DNA of 64,000 bases from Candidatus Woesearchaeota archaeon (lineage in GTDB: Archaea; Nanobdellota; Nanobdellia; SCGC-AAA011-G17; JAGVZY01), in the NCBI GenBank assembly GCA_018302225.1, contig JAGVZY010000012.1, forward strand, positions 11,191 to 75,190, in the 5' to 3' direction. The notes below the pieces were generated by a model. The model saw nothing but the letters and a program-made list of their open reading frames with translations. It made no database searches and was not told the origin of the DNA. This document shows, in pieces, positions 38,215-48,324 of the stretch (position 1 is its first letter; each line of letters begins with the position of its first letter). Position numbers and translations under genes: made by a program.

Positions 38215-39510
38215 ATGGACTTTAAAGGGCTTAAACAAGGTTATAAAATAAATGTTAAAACTAGCATAGAAGTTGTAGAAGGAATTTTGATAAATGACAA
38301 AAAAGATATTCTTGTTTTAAAATTAAATAATGGTTATAATATTGGAATTGAAAAATCAAATATAAGAGATATAAGGGTTGTTGAAAAATCTGAAATGGTT
38401 TCTAATCCTAATGGAAAAAAAATTGAATTAAATAAAAATCTTCCAAAGATTTTAATTTTACATACCGGTGGAACAATTGCATCAAGAGTAGATTATAAAA
38501 CTGGTGCAGTTCATGCTTCATTTGAACCTGAACAATTAATTGAAATGTTTCCAGAGTTACACGAAATTGCAAATATCGATTCTGTTTTTATTGGAAATAT
38601 TTGGTCTGATGATTTAAGATTTAAACACATAACTTTAATTGCAAAAGAAATTGAAAAAAATATTTCTAAAGGATATAAAGGAATAATAATAAGTATGGGA
38701 ACAGATAATTTAGCAGTTGGTGCTGCGGCATTATCCTTTGCCATTGAAAATTCAAATATTCCAATTATTTTTGTTGGTGCACAAAGATCATCAGATAGGG
38801 GAAGCAGTGATGCTGGAGTGAATTTAGTTTGTGCAGCAAGTTTTGTTTGTAATTCTAATTATAGAGGTGTTGCAATTTGTATGCATTCAAAATCTTCTGA
38901 TATAACTTGCGATATTTTTTCTGCTACTAAAACAAAAAAATTGCATACTTCAAGAAGAGATGCTTTCCAAAATATTAATACTGAATCAATTGCAATGGTA
39001 GATTATAAAACTGGAAAAGTGAGTATGAAGCAAGAAAACTATTCAAGTGGAGAAATGAAAATACTCCCAGAATTTGAGGACAAAGTTGCAATCTTAAAAA
39101 TTCATATAAATATGAACCTTGAACAATTTAAATTTTATAAAGGATACAAAGGATTGATAATTGAGGGGACAGGTTTAGGACAAATTCCATTTACTAAAAA
39201 TGATGGGGTTACTGAAGAACATGAAAAAATAAGACAGGCTTTAAAAGAAGTTATAGAGTCTGGAACTGTGGTTGTAATGACTTCTAATTGTATATTTGGA
39301 AGAGTTAATATGGATGTTTACAAACCTGCGAGAGAGTTACAAGAGCTAGGTGTAATTCCGGGTGAAGATATGTTAACTGAAACCGCCTTTGTTAAATTGG
39401 CTTGGTTATTGAAAAATCATCCTAATCAAGTTAAAGAATTAATAGGCAAAAATATTTGTGGTGAAATAAGTTCAAGAACAATGTATCAGAATATTTCTCA
39501 ATTTAATTAA
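38215..39510 (+). CDS. gatD: Glu-tRNA(Gln) amidotransferase subunit D (asparaginase-domain)
   Basis: Has LHTGGTIAS asparaginase motif 1, 431 aa. Confidence 0.9.
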   Translation: MDFKGLKQGYKINVKTSIEVVEGILINDKKDILVLKLNNGYNIGIEKSNIRDIRVVEKSEMVSNPNGKKIELNKNLPKILILHTGGTIASRVDYKTGAVHASFEPEQLIEMFPELHEIANIDSVFIGNIWSDDLRFKHITLIAKEIEKNISKGYKGIIISMGTDNLAVGAAALSFAIENSNIPIIFVGAQRSSDRGSSDAGVNLVCAASFVCNSNYRGVAICMHSKSSDITCDIFSATKTKKLHTSRRDAFQNINTESIAMVDYKTGKVSMKQENYSSGEMKILPEFEDKVAILKIHINMNLEQFKFYKGYKGLIIEGTGLGQIPFTKNDGVTEEHEKIRQALKEVIESGTVVVMTSNCIFGRVNMDVYKPARELQELGVIPGEDMLTETAFVKLAWLLKNHPNQVKELIGKNICGEISSRTMYQNISQFN

Positions 39511-39511
39511 A

Positions 39512-40978
39512 ATGACTGAAAAAAATTTGGAAGAGGATTTAAAGTATTATAATGAACTCGGATTTAAAGCTGGATTAGAAATACATCAACAGTTAGAAAC
39601 ACATAAATTATTTTGTAAATGTCCTTCTTTAGTTAATGATCCTAACAAAGCAGATATCAAATTTGAAAGAAGGTTTAGATCTGTATTGAGTGAGAAAGGT
39701 GAGAAAGATATAGTTGCAGAGTTTGAGATGCAAAAAAATAAGGTAATTAGATATGAAGCTTGTTCAAGTTCTTCTTGTTTGGTAGAATATGATGAAGAGC
39801 CGCCACACTCTATTAATAAATATGCTTTAAATATTGCACTTGAAATTGCAACATTATTCAATGCAGAAATAGTTGATGAAATACAAATAATGAGAAAAGC
39901 AGTTGTTGATGGTTCAGTAACTTCTGGTTTTCAGAGAACAATGTTAATTGCAAAAAGAGGATATATAAAAACTTCTTTAGGAAATGTTCATATAGATACA
40001 GTTTGTTTAGAAGAAGAAGCAGCAAAAAAGCTTTCTGAAGATTCTAATTATATTACTTATAGATTAGATAGATTAGGTGTTCCATTAGTTGAGATTGCAA
40101 CTGCTCCAGAAATAAAAACTCCTGAGCATGCAAAAGAATGTGCTTCGATAATCGGAATGATTCTAAGATCTACAAATAAAGTAAAAAGAGGAATTGGAAC
40201 AATAAGACAAGATGTTAATCTTTCTATTAGGGGGCATCCAAGAATTGAAATTAAAGGTTTTCAAGAACTAAAAAGTATGCCTAAAGTTATTGAAAATGAG
40301 GTTAAAAGGCAGATTGAAGATATAAAGAATAAAACTTTAAAAGCCGAGGTTAGAAAAGCTAATGTCGATTTTACAACTACTTTTCAAAGACCTATGCCTG
40401 GTGCTGCAAGAATGTATCCCGAGACAGATCATGTACCTATTAAAATAAGTGAAGAGATGTTAGAAAATATAAGTAGACCTGAATTGATAACTGAGAAAAC
40501 AATAAGTTTAGAAAAGAAATATAAAATTTCATCTGTGTTGGCTGAAGAGATAATAAAAAATAAAATTAATTTTGAAGATTATGTTTCTAAATTAGAGAAT
40601 ATAGAACCCGAATTTATTGCAAGAGTATTAGTTGAATATCCTAAACAAATTAAAACCAAATATAATTTAGAAATAAAATATGATATTTATTCAATATTAG
40701 ATTTATATAATAATAGAAAGATTTCTAAAGAAGCGGTTTTGGAGATTATGGTTGAGTTAAACGCTACTGGAAGAAGATTAGATGAAATCTCTAAAAAATA
40801 TCTTAGTGTGGATGAAGAAGAAGTCAAAAAAGAAATTAAAAAAATTATTTTAGATTTAGAAAGTGAAGATAAAGAACCAAAAATGAATGAGGTTATGGGA
40901 AGATTGATGGAAAAGTATAGAGGAAAAATTGATGGAAAGAGAGCAGTAGAATTAATAAAAATAATTCTAAAATCTTAG
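39512..40978 (+). CDS. gatE: Glu-tRNA(Gln) amidotransferase subunit E
   Basis: GatB/E-family core with an archaeal insertion, 488 aa. It starts 1 nt after gatD. Confidence 0.85.
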   Translation: MTEKNLEEDLKYYNELGFKAGLEIHQQLETHKLFCKCPSLVNDPNKADIKFERRFRSVLSEKGEKDIVAEFEMQKNKVIRYEACSSSSCLVEYDEEPPHSINKYALNIALEIATLFNAEIVDEIQIMRKAVVDGSVTSGFQRTMLIAKRGYIKTSLGNVHIDTVCLEEEAAKKLSEDSNYITYRLDRLGVPLVEIATAPEIKTPEHAKECASIIGMILRSTNKVKRGIGTIRQDVNLSIRGHPRIEIKGFQELKSMPKVIENEVKRQIEDIKNKTLKAEVRKANVDFTTTFQRPMPGAARMYPETDHVPIKISEEMLENISRPELITEKTISLEKKYKISSVLAEEIIKNKINFEDYVSKLENIEPEFIARVLVEYPKQIKTKYNLEIKYDIYSILDLYNNRKISKEAVLEIMVELNATGRRLDEISKKYLSVDEEEVKKEIKKIILDLESEDKEPKMNEVMGRLMEKYRGKIDGKRAVELIKIILKS

Positions 40979-40992
40979 TTTTAGAGGTAAAT

Positions 40993-41838
40993 TTGAAAAA
41001 AAAATTTAAAAGAATATTATATCTTATTACTTTTTTTGCGGTTTTAATAATTATAAGTAGAGCTGTAAATATTTATAGTATTAAATCTTGGGAAAAGCAA
41101 CAAAAATATGGCAAAGATGGGATTTTAGTTGGTGCAGAAAGTTATCATTTTGATAGAGGTGGTGATAATATAGTTATGTTACATTCTTTGGGTGGTTCTC
41201 CTGCAGAATTTAAAGATATAGTGATTTATTTGGCTGGAAAAAATTATAATGTTGATGCTTTACTTCTTCCAGGGCATGGAACTACACCTGAAGATTTGGC
41301 AAAAGTAGGTTATGAAGAATGGATTAGTGAAGTAGATCATCTTCTTAGTATGCTGGATAAAGATAAAACAATAATTTCTGGAACATCTACTGGAAGTATA
41401 TTAGCTTTATATTTTGCACAGAAGTATAATCTTAAAGGTGTGATTTTGTTAAATAGTCCATTAGAATTGCAGTCAGCCTATATTAAATTTATTTCTTTAA
41501 TTAAATTATTTACACCCTATAATGTTATTAATTCTGATGAATATTTAGAAATTAAAAAGGAAAGGGTAAGTTATAATGCTTTGCCTTATTCTAGTGTTGA
41601 GGAGTTGTTGGAATTAACAAGTGAGATTAAACTTCAAGAAATAGATGAGCCAATACTCATTTTGCAATCTCAGAAAGATGAACTTGTTAAAGTTGAGAGC
41701 GCAGAAGTTATATTTAATAATGTAAATTCTCAAAGAAAGTATGTTGTATATTTAAGTAATTCAACTCATGGAGTTTTGACAAGTGATGATAAAAAGCTTG
41801 CTGTTAAAGTTATGGAAGGTTTTCTTCAAGAGTTGTAA
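40993..41838 (+). CDS. membrane-anchored alpha/beta-hydrolase (esterase/lipase-like)
   Basis: Has an N-terminal TM helix, a GTSTG nucleophile elbow, and HG/His motifs. Confidence 0.7.
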   Translation: MKKKFKRILYLITFFAVLIIISRAVNIYSIKSWEKQQKYGKDGILVGAESYHFDRGGDNIVMLHSLGGSPAEFKDIVIYLAGKNYNVDALLLPGHGTTPEDLAKVGYEEWISEVDHLLSMLDKDKTIISGTSTGSILALYFAQKYNLKGVILLNSPLELQSAYIKFISLIKLFTPYNVINSDEYLEIKKERVSYNALPYSSVEELLELTSEIKLQEIDEPILILQSQKDELVKVESAEVIFNNVNSQRKYVVYLSNSTHGVLTSDDKKLAVKVMEGFLQEL

Positions 41839-41912
41839 ACTTTAGATTTACAAGAATTGCAAATTTTGGATAAGTTATAAAGTTTTATAAATTAGGGATT
41901 AATTCTTTTTTT

Positions 41913-42494
41913 ATGTTAATATTTCCAGGAATTAAAGAAGTATATTGGTTGGAAGAGGATTCTAGTAGGTTTATGAAATGGGAAGAAATTAATTCTTCTT
42001 TATTAGGAGCAAATATTAAAGATGCTCTTAATTTTTCAAAAGTTTCTATTGTCATACAGGACAAAGATAGAATTATAAGAAATGAAGATTATTTTGAAGA
42101 AAATCTTATTTTTGAAAAGGGTAGAGTTGTTAAAAAAAATAATGTTGATGAAAGAAAAATCATTGAAAAATTTTATAGTATAATCGGTTATTTTTCTAAA
42201 AATTCAGGAATTAAATTTATAACTAAAGGAAATAAATTAGAAGAAGAATTAATTAAATCTATGTTAAATTCTAAAAATTCTCATTTTAGGTTTGAAAAAA
42301 TGAATCTTAATGAAAATCTTAATATTCTTTTAGAAATACCTGAAATAGTGGGAGTTGGAAAAAATTATTATTTTTATAGAATGGATATACCCATTGAGAC
42401 TTACTTATTTAGAAATGGTAAAATCTTTAATGATTTAGTAAAAAGTTATGAAAACTATAGCAAAATTAGTTTAGATAGGGCTAAATTTATATAA
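41913..42494 (+). CDS. hypothetical protein (193 aa)
   Basis: ORF only. Confidence 0.3.
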   Translation: MLIFPGIKEVYWLEEDSSRFMKWEEINSSLLGANIKDALNFSKVSIVIQDKDRIIRNEDYFEENLIFEKGRVVKKNNVDERKIIEKFYSIIGYFSKNSGIKFITKGNKLEEELIKSMLNSKNSHFRFEKMNLNENLNILLEIPEIVGVGKNYYFYRMDIPIETYLFRNGKIFNDLVKSYENYSKISLDRAKFI

Positions 42495-42515
42495 GAGTTA
42501 TTCTTTTTTATAAAT

Positions 42516-42932
42516 ATGAATTATAAATCTATTAAACATCCCTTCAAGCATAAACTCTCTTTTGGGCAGAGAGCAGCAGATAGATTGACTGGTTTTGCAG
42601 GTAGTTGGTTTTTCATTTCTAGTTTATTAATTTTTATTGGTTTATGGATTTTAACAAATGTTCTTCTTTTGCGAATAAATTCTTCTTGGGATTCATATCC
42701 TTTTATTTTATTAAACCTTGGTTTATCTTGTTTAGCAGCATTACAGGCCCCAATAATTTTGATGAGTCAAAATAGGGGAGCACAAAGAGATAGATTAAGG
42801 GCTGAATATGATTATAAAGTGAATGTTAAGGCTGAGAAAGAAATCGAAGATATGCAAAAGGACTTAGAAGAAATTAAAATCTTAATAAGAACTAATAAAA
42901 AATTAATTAAAAAAAGAGGTGTTAAAAAATGA
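42516..42932 (+). CDS. DUF1003-like two-TM membrane protein
   Basis: SFGQRAADRLTGFAGSWFFIS precedes two TM helices, and the C-terminus is a coiled coil. This fits my recollection of DUF1003. Confidence 0.4.
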   Translation: MNYKSIKHPFKHKLSFGQRAADRLTGFAGSWFFISSLLIFIGLWILTNVLLLRINSSWDSYPFILLNLGLSCLAALQAPIILMSQNRGAQRDRLRAEYDYKVNVKAEKEIEDMQKDLEEIKILIRTNKKLIKKRGVKK

Positions 42933-43120
42933 GTTTTAAATGGATTGCAAAAAGAGTTAGAAAATTGAAATGGTATGATATATCGTTAATAAAAATTGCA
43001 TCTGCTGCATTTATATTAATGGTTGCAAAATTATGGGCACCAATTTTAAGTTTAAATTGGTATTTGTATTTAATTATTGCAGTGATTGTAGCTATACCTG
43101 TTTGGATAGATATGTCTTAA
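42929..43120 (+). CDS. 63-aa two-TM micro-protein
   Basis: Overlaps the previous gene by 4 nt. Hydrophobic. Confidence 0.3.
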   Translation: MSFKWIAKRVRKLKWYDISLIKIASAAFILMVAKLWAPILSLNWYLYLIIAVIVAIPVWIDMS

Positions 43121-43392
43121 TTAAAGAATGAAGTAGATTATTATTCTTAATTGGTTATAATCTATAAACTAGATAGGTTTTGCTTTTTTCTTATGCTTAT
43201 AAGATAAAGGCTATTTATTATATTCTTATTTTCTTTCAGATTCAAGAGCATTTTTATAATGCCCCTTTACATTTTGTATTAAGATTTCTTTGAGTTCTAT
43301 TATGGAATATAACAAAGGGGCAGTATTTGAGCTTTTTTGTCATATTTTATAATTAATATCTTTTATTCTTGTTTATTGGTTATATTATGTAA

Positions 43393-44112
43393 CTAATTTA
43401 AATAAATTGTTTTATCTTTAATATTTGCCCAGTAGAAGGCTTTTTTTCTTAGTATGCAGGCTTCACATTTCCCGCAGTGGCCATTTTTATTACTAATATA
43501 ACAACTAAATGTCTTTTCAAGGGGAACCTTTAGTTTTGTTCCAATTTCTACAATTTTATCTTTGTCATAATTTATTAAGGGGGCAATTATTTTATAATTT
43601 TCTTTTAAAGTTGCGTGTTTAACCATTTTGTTCATTAAGCTTAAAAATTCTGGAGTTGCGTCTTTCATTGGAATTTGTCCTTCTGATTTAAAACCTGTGT
43701 AAATATTATAATGAATATTCTTTTTTATTTGTTCAGATTCTGCAAGCGCAAGTGCTGAACTTATGAATATTAAATTTCTTGCAGGGACCCACCAATTTTC
43801 TAATTCTTGTTTTGTCTTTTTTATATTTCCTAGGTCTTTTTCTGTGTAGTTTGAGGTTTTTTTAATATCTTTGTTTATTATAGAAGTATTAAACTCTTTT
43901 AACCAGGAAATATTTATTTTTTTAAAAGTTCCATTGATTAGCTTGCAGATTATTCTTGATGAGGACTCTTCTTGTTTTAAAGTTCTTTGTCCATAATCAA
44001 AGAAAAGGCAGATTATATTTTTTGGTTTAAATTTGTCTTTTACATAAAAAGCAGTTACAGAACTATCTAAACCTCCTGAAAGCAAAATGATTGCATTTGG
44101 TATATTTGACAT
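43393..44112 (-). CDS. queC: 7-cyano-7-deazaguanine synthase QueC
   Basis: Has the PP-loop LLSGGLDSS and a C-terminal Zn site CYISNKNGHCGKCEAC. Confidence 0.85.
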   Translation of the reverse strand: MSNIPNAIILLSGGLDSSVTAFYVKDKFKPKNIICLFFDYGQRTLKQEESSSRIICKLINGTFKKINISWLKEFNTSIINKDIKKTSNYTEKDLGNIKKTKQELENWWVPARNLIFISSALALAESEQIKKNIHYNIYTGFKSEGQIPMKDATPEFLSLMNKMVKHATLKENYKIIAPLINYDKDKIVEIGTKLKVPLEKTFSCYISNKNGHCGKCEACILRKKAFYWANIKDKTIYLN

Positions 44113-44164
44113 ATTTAAAAGATATTGAGAAATATTTATAAAGTTATATCTAAGATTTAGGCTA

Positions 44165-44362
44165 ATGGTTAGGAAAGAGGCTGGAAAGCTTAAAGTTGGT
44201 GAAAAGATAAAAATGCCTGAAGGGGTTTTAGTCGTTAGTAAGATTGAACTATCTAGTATAGGTAAACATGGCGTAGTTAAGTGCAGAATAGAAGCTTTGT
44301 CTGAAAGTAAAGAATTGAAAGTTTTGATAAGACCTTCAAATTATCCTGTTGAGGTTTTGTAG
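44165..44362 (+). CDS. translation factor aIF5A-like, N-terminal (hypusine-loop) domain only, 65 aa
   Basis: KLKVGEKI...SSIGKHGVVKCRIEAL...PVEV aligns with the aIF5A SH3-like domain, including the G-K-H-G hypusination loop. It stops where the C-terminal OB domain should begin. Confidence 0.6.
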   Translation: MVRKEAGKLKVGEKIKMPEGVLVVSKIELSSIGKHGVVKCRIEALSESKELKVLIRPSNYPVEVL

Positions 44363-44375
44363 TTAAAGGTGAAGT

Positions 44376-45308
44376 ATGCATACAATAATTATTGTTTCTT
44401 ATAAAGAGCCAAAGTCTATGGTTAAATCAGTTGAATTTGTATTAAAACAAGTTGATTTGAAAAATTTTAAAGTTATTGTTTCTGATCCAGATTTTAAAAT
44501 TGAAGAGTTATTAAAGAAAAAGTTTAAAGGTAAAGTTGAATTTTTTTTAGATCCTGGTGAAGGTAAATCTTATGCTTTGAATTTATTAATTGAGCAATAT
44601 TATTCTAAAGATAAAAATGATATAATAATAACTACAGATGGTGACGTGTTTTTGAATAATGGTTCTGTCGATGCTATTGTTAGTATGTTTAAAGATGAGA
44701 AAATTGGAATTGCTTGTGGACATCCAGTTCCTTTGAATGATAAAAAAAGTTGTTTTGGATTTTTAGCACATTATTTGTTTACAGAAATGAATTATAATAG
44801 AAAGAAATTATTTAAATCTGGAAAATTCTTTGAAACTTCAGGATATTTACTTGCATTTAGAAATGGAGTTATTTCTGATTTTCCTTTAGAAGCATGTGAA
44901 GATGCTATTCTACCTATGATTTTTTGGAAAAAAGGATATAAAATCGGTTATTCTGAAAAGGCCAATGTAAATGTTCTTTGTCCTCAAAATTTAAAAGATT
45001 ATTTAATTCAAAGGAAGAGAAATATTAAAGGTCACATGAATATTCATTGTTTAGAGATTTCTAAGGATTTTAAAAAAGGAACTACATTTGTTTCTGAGGT
45101 TTTTAGGGGGGTGAGATGGTTTTTTGTTTATTTGTTTAAGTATGCAAATAGTTTTAGAACTATAATCTTAATTCCTTTTCCATATATATTAAGATTGTAT
45201 GTTTGGTTCTTGGCTGTTTATGAGTCTAAATTCAAAAAACAGAAATATAAAGATGGTTGGAGAGAGGAAGAAACTCCTAGTACAAGTCTGTTAGATGGTA
45301 AAAACTAA
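44376..45308 (+). CDS. family-2 glycosyltransferase
   Basis: Has ITTDGDVFL (DxD) and a C-terminal TM region. Confidence 0.6.
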   Translation: MHTIIIVSYKEPKSMVKSVEFVLKQVDLKNFKVIVSDPDFKIEELLKKKFKGKVEFFLDPGEGKSYALNLLIEQYYSKDKNDIIITTDGDVFLNNGSVDAIVSMFKDEKIGIACGHPVPLNDKKSCFGFLAHYLFTEMNYNRKKLFKSGKFFETSGYLLAFRNGVISDFPLEACEDAILPMIFWKKGYKIGYSEKANVNVLCPQNLKDYLIQRKRNIKGHMNIHCLEISKDFKKGTTFVSEVFRGVRWFFVYLFKYANSFRTIILIPFPYILRLYVWFLAVYESKFKKQKYKDGWREEETPSTSLLDGKN

Positions 45309-45383
45309 CAAAAAGTATATATATGTAGTATTATTCTCTTATCATTAATTAATATTTATATTAAAAATGAAGGGGTGTTTTAA

Positions 45384-47891
45384 GTGAATAATAATAAAAA
45401 TGTGAAGATTTTCTTGAGTTTAGTTTGTGTTTTTGTGTTAACAATTATGTTTAGTGTTAGTGTTAGGGGTGTAACTTATAAAACAGGCGAGGCTTATATT
45501 GGGGAAGATGCAAATAATCCTAATTGGGTTTGGGATATTAAATCTTCTTCTTCTAAAAATAGTGATACTTCTATAAGTATTAAAAATGATTTTGTTTGGG
45601 ATGATAGTGAAGACAATCCTCTTGGTGTGGGCGAATGTTTAAATCTTCCAAATAATTACCTTTCTATTTGTTTTGAAAGTTTAGAGCCTAAAAGTGATGA
45701 TTATAATACTTATACTTTCGAATACACAAATTCCGCAGACTTAGATAATGCAATTGGAGTTACTTCTGCAGAAGCTATAGAAATTTCTACTACAGATTCA
45801 ACAGGTTTAACCATATTGGGAAAGAATATTATAAAAAATGGAGAACAGCCAGATTATATTACTACAAATAAAATTTGGTTATCCACGTACAATAAAATTG
45901 GAAAGGTTGATATTGCAGAATTATATATTTATTATAAAGATATTGATGATGAAAAAGTATATCTTGCTGGAGCTGTTAAAGGGGATCGGGATCAATACCC
46001 TATATTAATTAATTCTTCGATTATTTTAGCTGTAGAAAATTATAATAATATTATTTACTTAAAAATAATTATGCTGGCTTCTCAAGATTATAGTGATGAA
46101 TTTTATAATAGTATAAATCTTTATCCAACTTATAACTTAACTATGAACTGGGTAACAGTAAATAATGTGATATCTCGTTTAGGTAACTATGTTGATTTAG
46201 CTGAAGCAGACGAATTAACCTATACTGGTGGACAAAATGGTTTAGTAAATTTAGGTACAAAAGATGAAGACCATAGAGAGGAATATGGTATTATTATTAA
46301 AAATCCAAAAGCATATGGGGATTCTGATAAGGTTGTGTTAAGTATACCTTCTTACAGAGTTAGGGGTACCTTAGTAGTTAAAAAAGACTCTCAAATTATT
46401 AAAGGGCTTCCTAAAAGAATAGGTCAAAATTTCTTGTCGTATGAACTGCCCGAATATAAAATTTTTGTAAACGAATTAGAGAATTTGCACTTTGATACAA
46501 TGTTTACGTCAAAATATTTAAAATTAGCAACTTCTTTAACTAGCGCAGATGACGATTATGGTTCAGATGTATTTTTAGAAGTAAGTAAATCCGTAATTTA
46601 TTATACTAAAAATATTACTTTTGATGAAACTGATTCTATAAATTCAGGGAAACCCTTGACAATTAGTTTCTTAGGAAAAGATTTAACAATTACTCAAATA
46701 ACTGAAGATTCTATAAATGTGGGTAGATTAGCTATTTGTGGAAACGGAATTGTTGAATCTAGTGAACAATGCGAAAATATTTCAACAAATTATTTTTATA
46801 GTAAAGAGATAATAAGCTCAACTAAAAATAAATGTGCTTATTGGTTTACAGAACCTTGGAATAAAGGTTTTACAGGATGCACCTCTGAATGCAAATTAGA
46901 TTTGACAGTTTGTGATAAGCCAGTTTACGGAGATGGTTTGATAAATAGAAATGAACAATGTGATAAATCTTTTGATGGGAAAGTGATTTATTCAGATGAA
47001 ATAATACGGACTACAAAAAATAAATGTGCTTATTGGTTTACAGAACCTTGGAATAAGGGGTTGGTTGCGTGTGCAAATGGAAAAATAGATTTGACAGTTT
47101 GTGATAAGCCAGTTTACGGAGATGGTTTGATAAATAGAAATGAACAATGTGATTATTTAAATAATAGTATAATTTATGCAGATAGTTTAAAGATAAGGAA
47201 CTGCGCAGATGTAGGATATACTTTTGATAGGGCTATGGAATTAAAACTTCCCTGTATTATTCCTGGAAAAATAAATACTACTCTATGTGAAGGAGAACAT
47301 AGGCAAGCTTGGTTAATTCAATTACCTCAGTTGAGTATTATGCAAAAATTTGCAATGGCAGTTACTAATGTAGTTACCTCTGTTGTAGGTGGTGTACAAG
47401 GGGTATTTACAGATGATGAATCAAAAGATCTAATAAATTCAGAAGTTGGAACTGATGCAGGTACAGGAACTTCAATATCTGGAACTCAAACATCAACAAC
47501 TAGTCAAGTTTCAACAACTTTAAGAGAAGGTGCTCAGAGACTTACAGTTGGGAAAGAGATTTTATTGTATGATAATAAACATAAAGTTAAATTAGCTGGG
47601 ATGAGTAATGATACTGCAGATTTAGAAGTTATTAGAATAATAGATAATTCAATAAGGAATAATCTTCCAACTGTAAAAAAGGCAGGAGATAAAGCAACTG
47701 CACAAGATGTTGTTGATGGAAAGATTATTAATTTAGCCTGTGTTGAGATAACGGGTATTAGTACAAGTGCTCAAACTGTAGATGTAATTGCAACATCTGG
47801 AGCTTGTGCAAGTAATCTCGCAACTGGTGCAGTAACTTCTGATTTTAAAGTAACTAAGAAGATTGTTGATAAAGTGGGCTTAAAGTTTTAA
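45384..47891 (+). CDS. secreted/surface protein with Myxococcus-type Cys-rich repeats (CGNG/YGDG...EQCD) and a Thr/Ser-rich segment
   Basis: Has a signal/anchor (IFLSLVCVFVLTIMFSVSV). The repeats are CGNGIVESSEQCEN and two copies of NKCAYWFTEPWNKG...DLTVCDKPVYGDGLINRNEQCD. GTGTSISGTQTSTTSQVSTT looks like an O-glycan-type stretch. Confidence 0.7.
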   Translation: MNNNKNVKIFLSLVCVFVLTIMFSVSVRGVTYKTGEAYIGEDANNPNWVWDIKSSSSKNSDTSISIKNDFVWDDSEDNPLGVGECLNLPNNYLSICFESLEPKSDDYNTYTFEYTNSADLDNAIGVTSAEAIEISTTDSTGLTILGKNIIKNGEQPDYITTNKIWLSTYNKIGKVDIAELYIYYKDIDDEKVYLAGAVKGDRDQYPILINSSIILAVENYNNIIYLKIIMLASQDYSDEFYNSINLYPTYNLTMNWVTVNNVISRLGNYVDLAEADELTYTGGQNGLVNLGTKDEDHREEYGIIIKNPKAYGDSDKVVLSIPSYRVRGTLVVKKDSQIIKGLPKRIGQNFLSYELPEYKIFVNELENLHFDTMFTSKYLKLATSLTSADDDYGSDVFLEVSKSVIYYTKNITFDETDSINSGKPLTISFLGKDLTITQITEDSINVGRLAICGNGIVESSEQCENISTNYFYSKEIISSTKNKCAYWFTEPWNKGFTGCTSECKLDLTVCDKPVYGDGLINRNEQCDKSFDGKVIYSDEIIRTTKNKCAYWFTEPWNKGLVACANGKIDLTVCDKPVYGDGLINRNEQCDYLNNSIIYADSLKIRNCADVGYTFDRAMELKLPCIIPGKINTTLCEGEHRQAWLIQLPQLSIMQKFAMAVTNVVTSVVGGVQGVFTDDESKDLINSEVGTDAGTGTSISGTQTSTTSQVSTTLREGAQRLTVGKEILLYDNKHKVKLAGMSNDTADLEVIRIIDNSIRNNLPTVKKAGDKATAQDVVDGKIINLACVEITGISTSAQTVDVIATSGACASNLATGAVTSDFKVTKKIVDKVGLKF
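46824..47153 (+). repeat. ~190-nt tandem duplication (2 copies) inside the surface-protein gene
   Basis: Copy 2 (from 47016) repeats copy 1 (from 46824). It includes a 66-nt identical run (gatttgacagtttgtgataagccagtttacggagatggtttgataaatagaaatgaacaatgtgat). Confidence 0.85.
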
Positions 47892-48293
47892 GCCTTTTTT
47901 TCTTTTTATTATTTCTTTTTGTAATTTTTCTAAAGAATCAAACATAATTACAGAATTAAAAACCATTGTGCACATTCTATCATAGGTATTTATACTTTTT
48001 AAATCTTCAACTAATGCAATTACGGGAATGTTTTTTGCATAAGCATACCCTATTTCCCACGCTGTTCCAGAACCAACACTTTTCCAATCTAAAACTGCAA
48101 TTATTAAATTGCAATTATCTATTTCTTTACTATCTTTTTCAAAGAATTTTTTCGAACTACCTTTTTCATAAATTCCAACATCTCTGTGAGGTAAGAAAGT
48201 TTTGATATTCTTTTCTTTACAAAAAAAGGCTATTTTTTCAAGTATAATTCTATCTTCAGGTTTCCACAATGGACCGGCAATATAAACTTTCAT
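47880..48293 (-). CDS. nucleoside 2-deoxyribosyltransferase-like protein
   Basis: Has the N-terminal VYIAGPL motif, 137 aa. Confidence 0.55.
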   Translation of the reverse strand: MKVYIAGPLWKPEDRIILEKIAFFCKEKNIKTFLPHRDVGIYEKGSSKKFFEKDSKEIDNCNLIIAVLDWKSVGSGTAWEIGYAYAKNIPVIALVEDLKSINTYDRMCTMVFNSVIMFDSLEKLQKEIIKRKKGLKL

Positions 48294-48324
48294 AGGCTTA
48301 AAATAGAGGTTAAATTTAAATACC

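Noticed and set aside
43257-43325. A 9-bp inverted repeat (UGCCCCUUU...AAAGGGGCA) in the spacer after queC
   Set aside because: It is isolated, with a loop of about 50 nt and no further structure or coding signal. It is probably fortuitous or a weak terminator.
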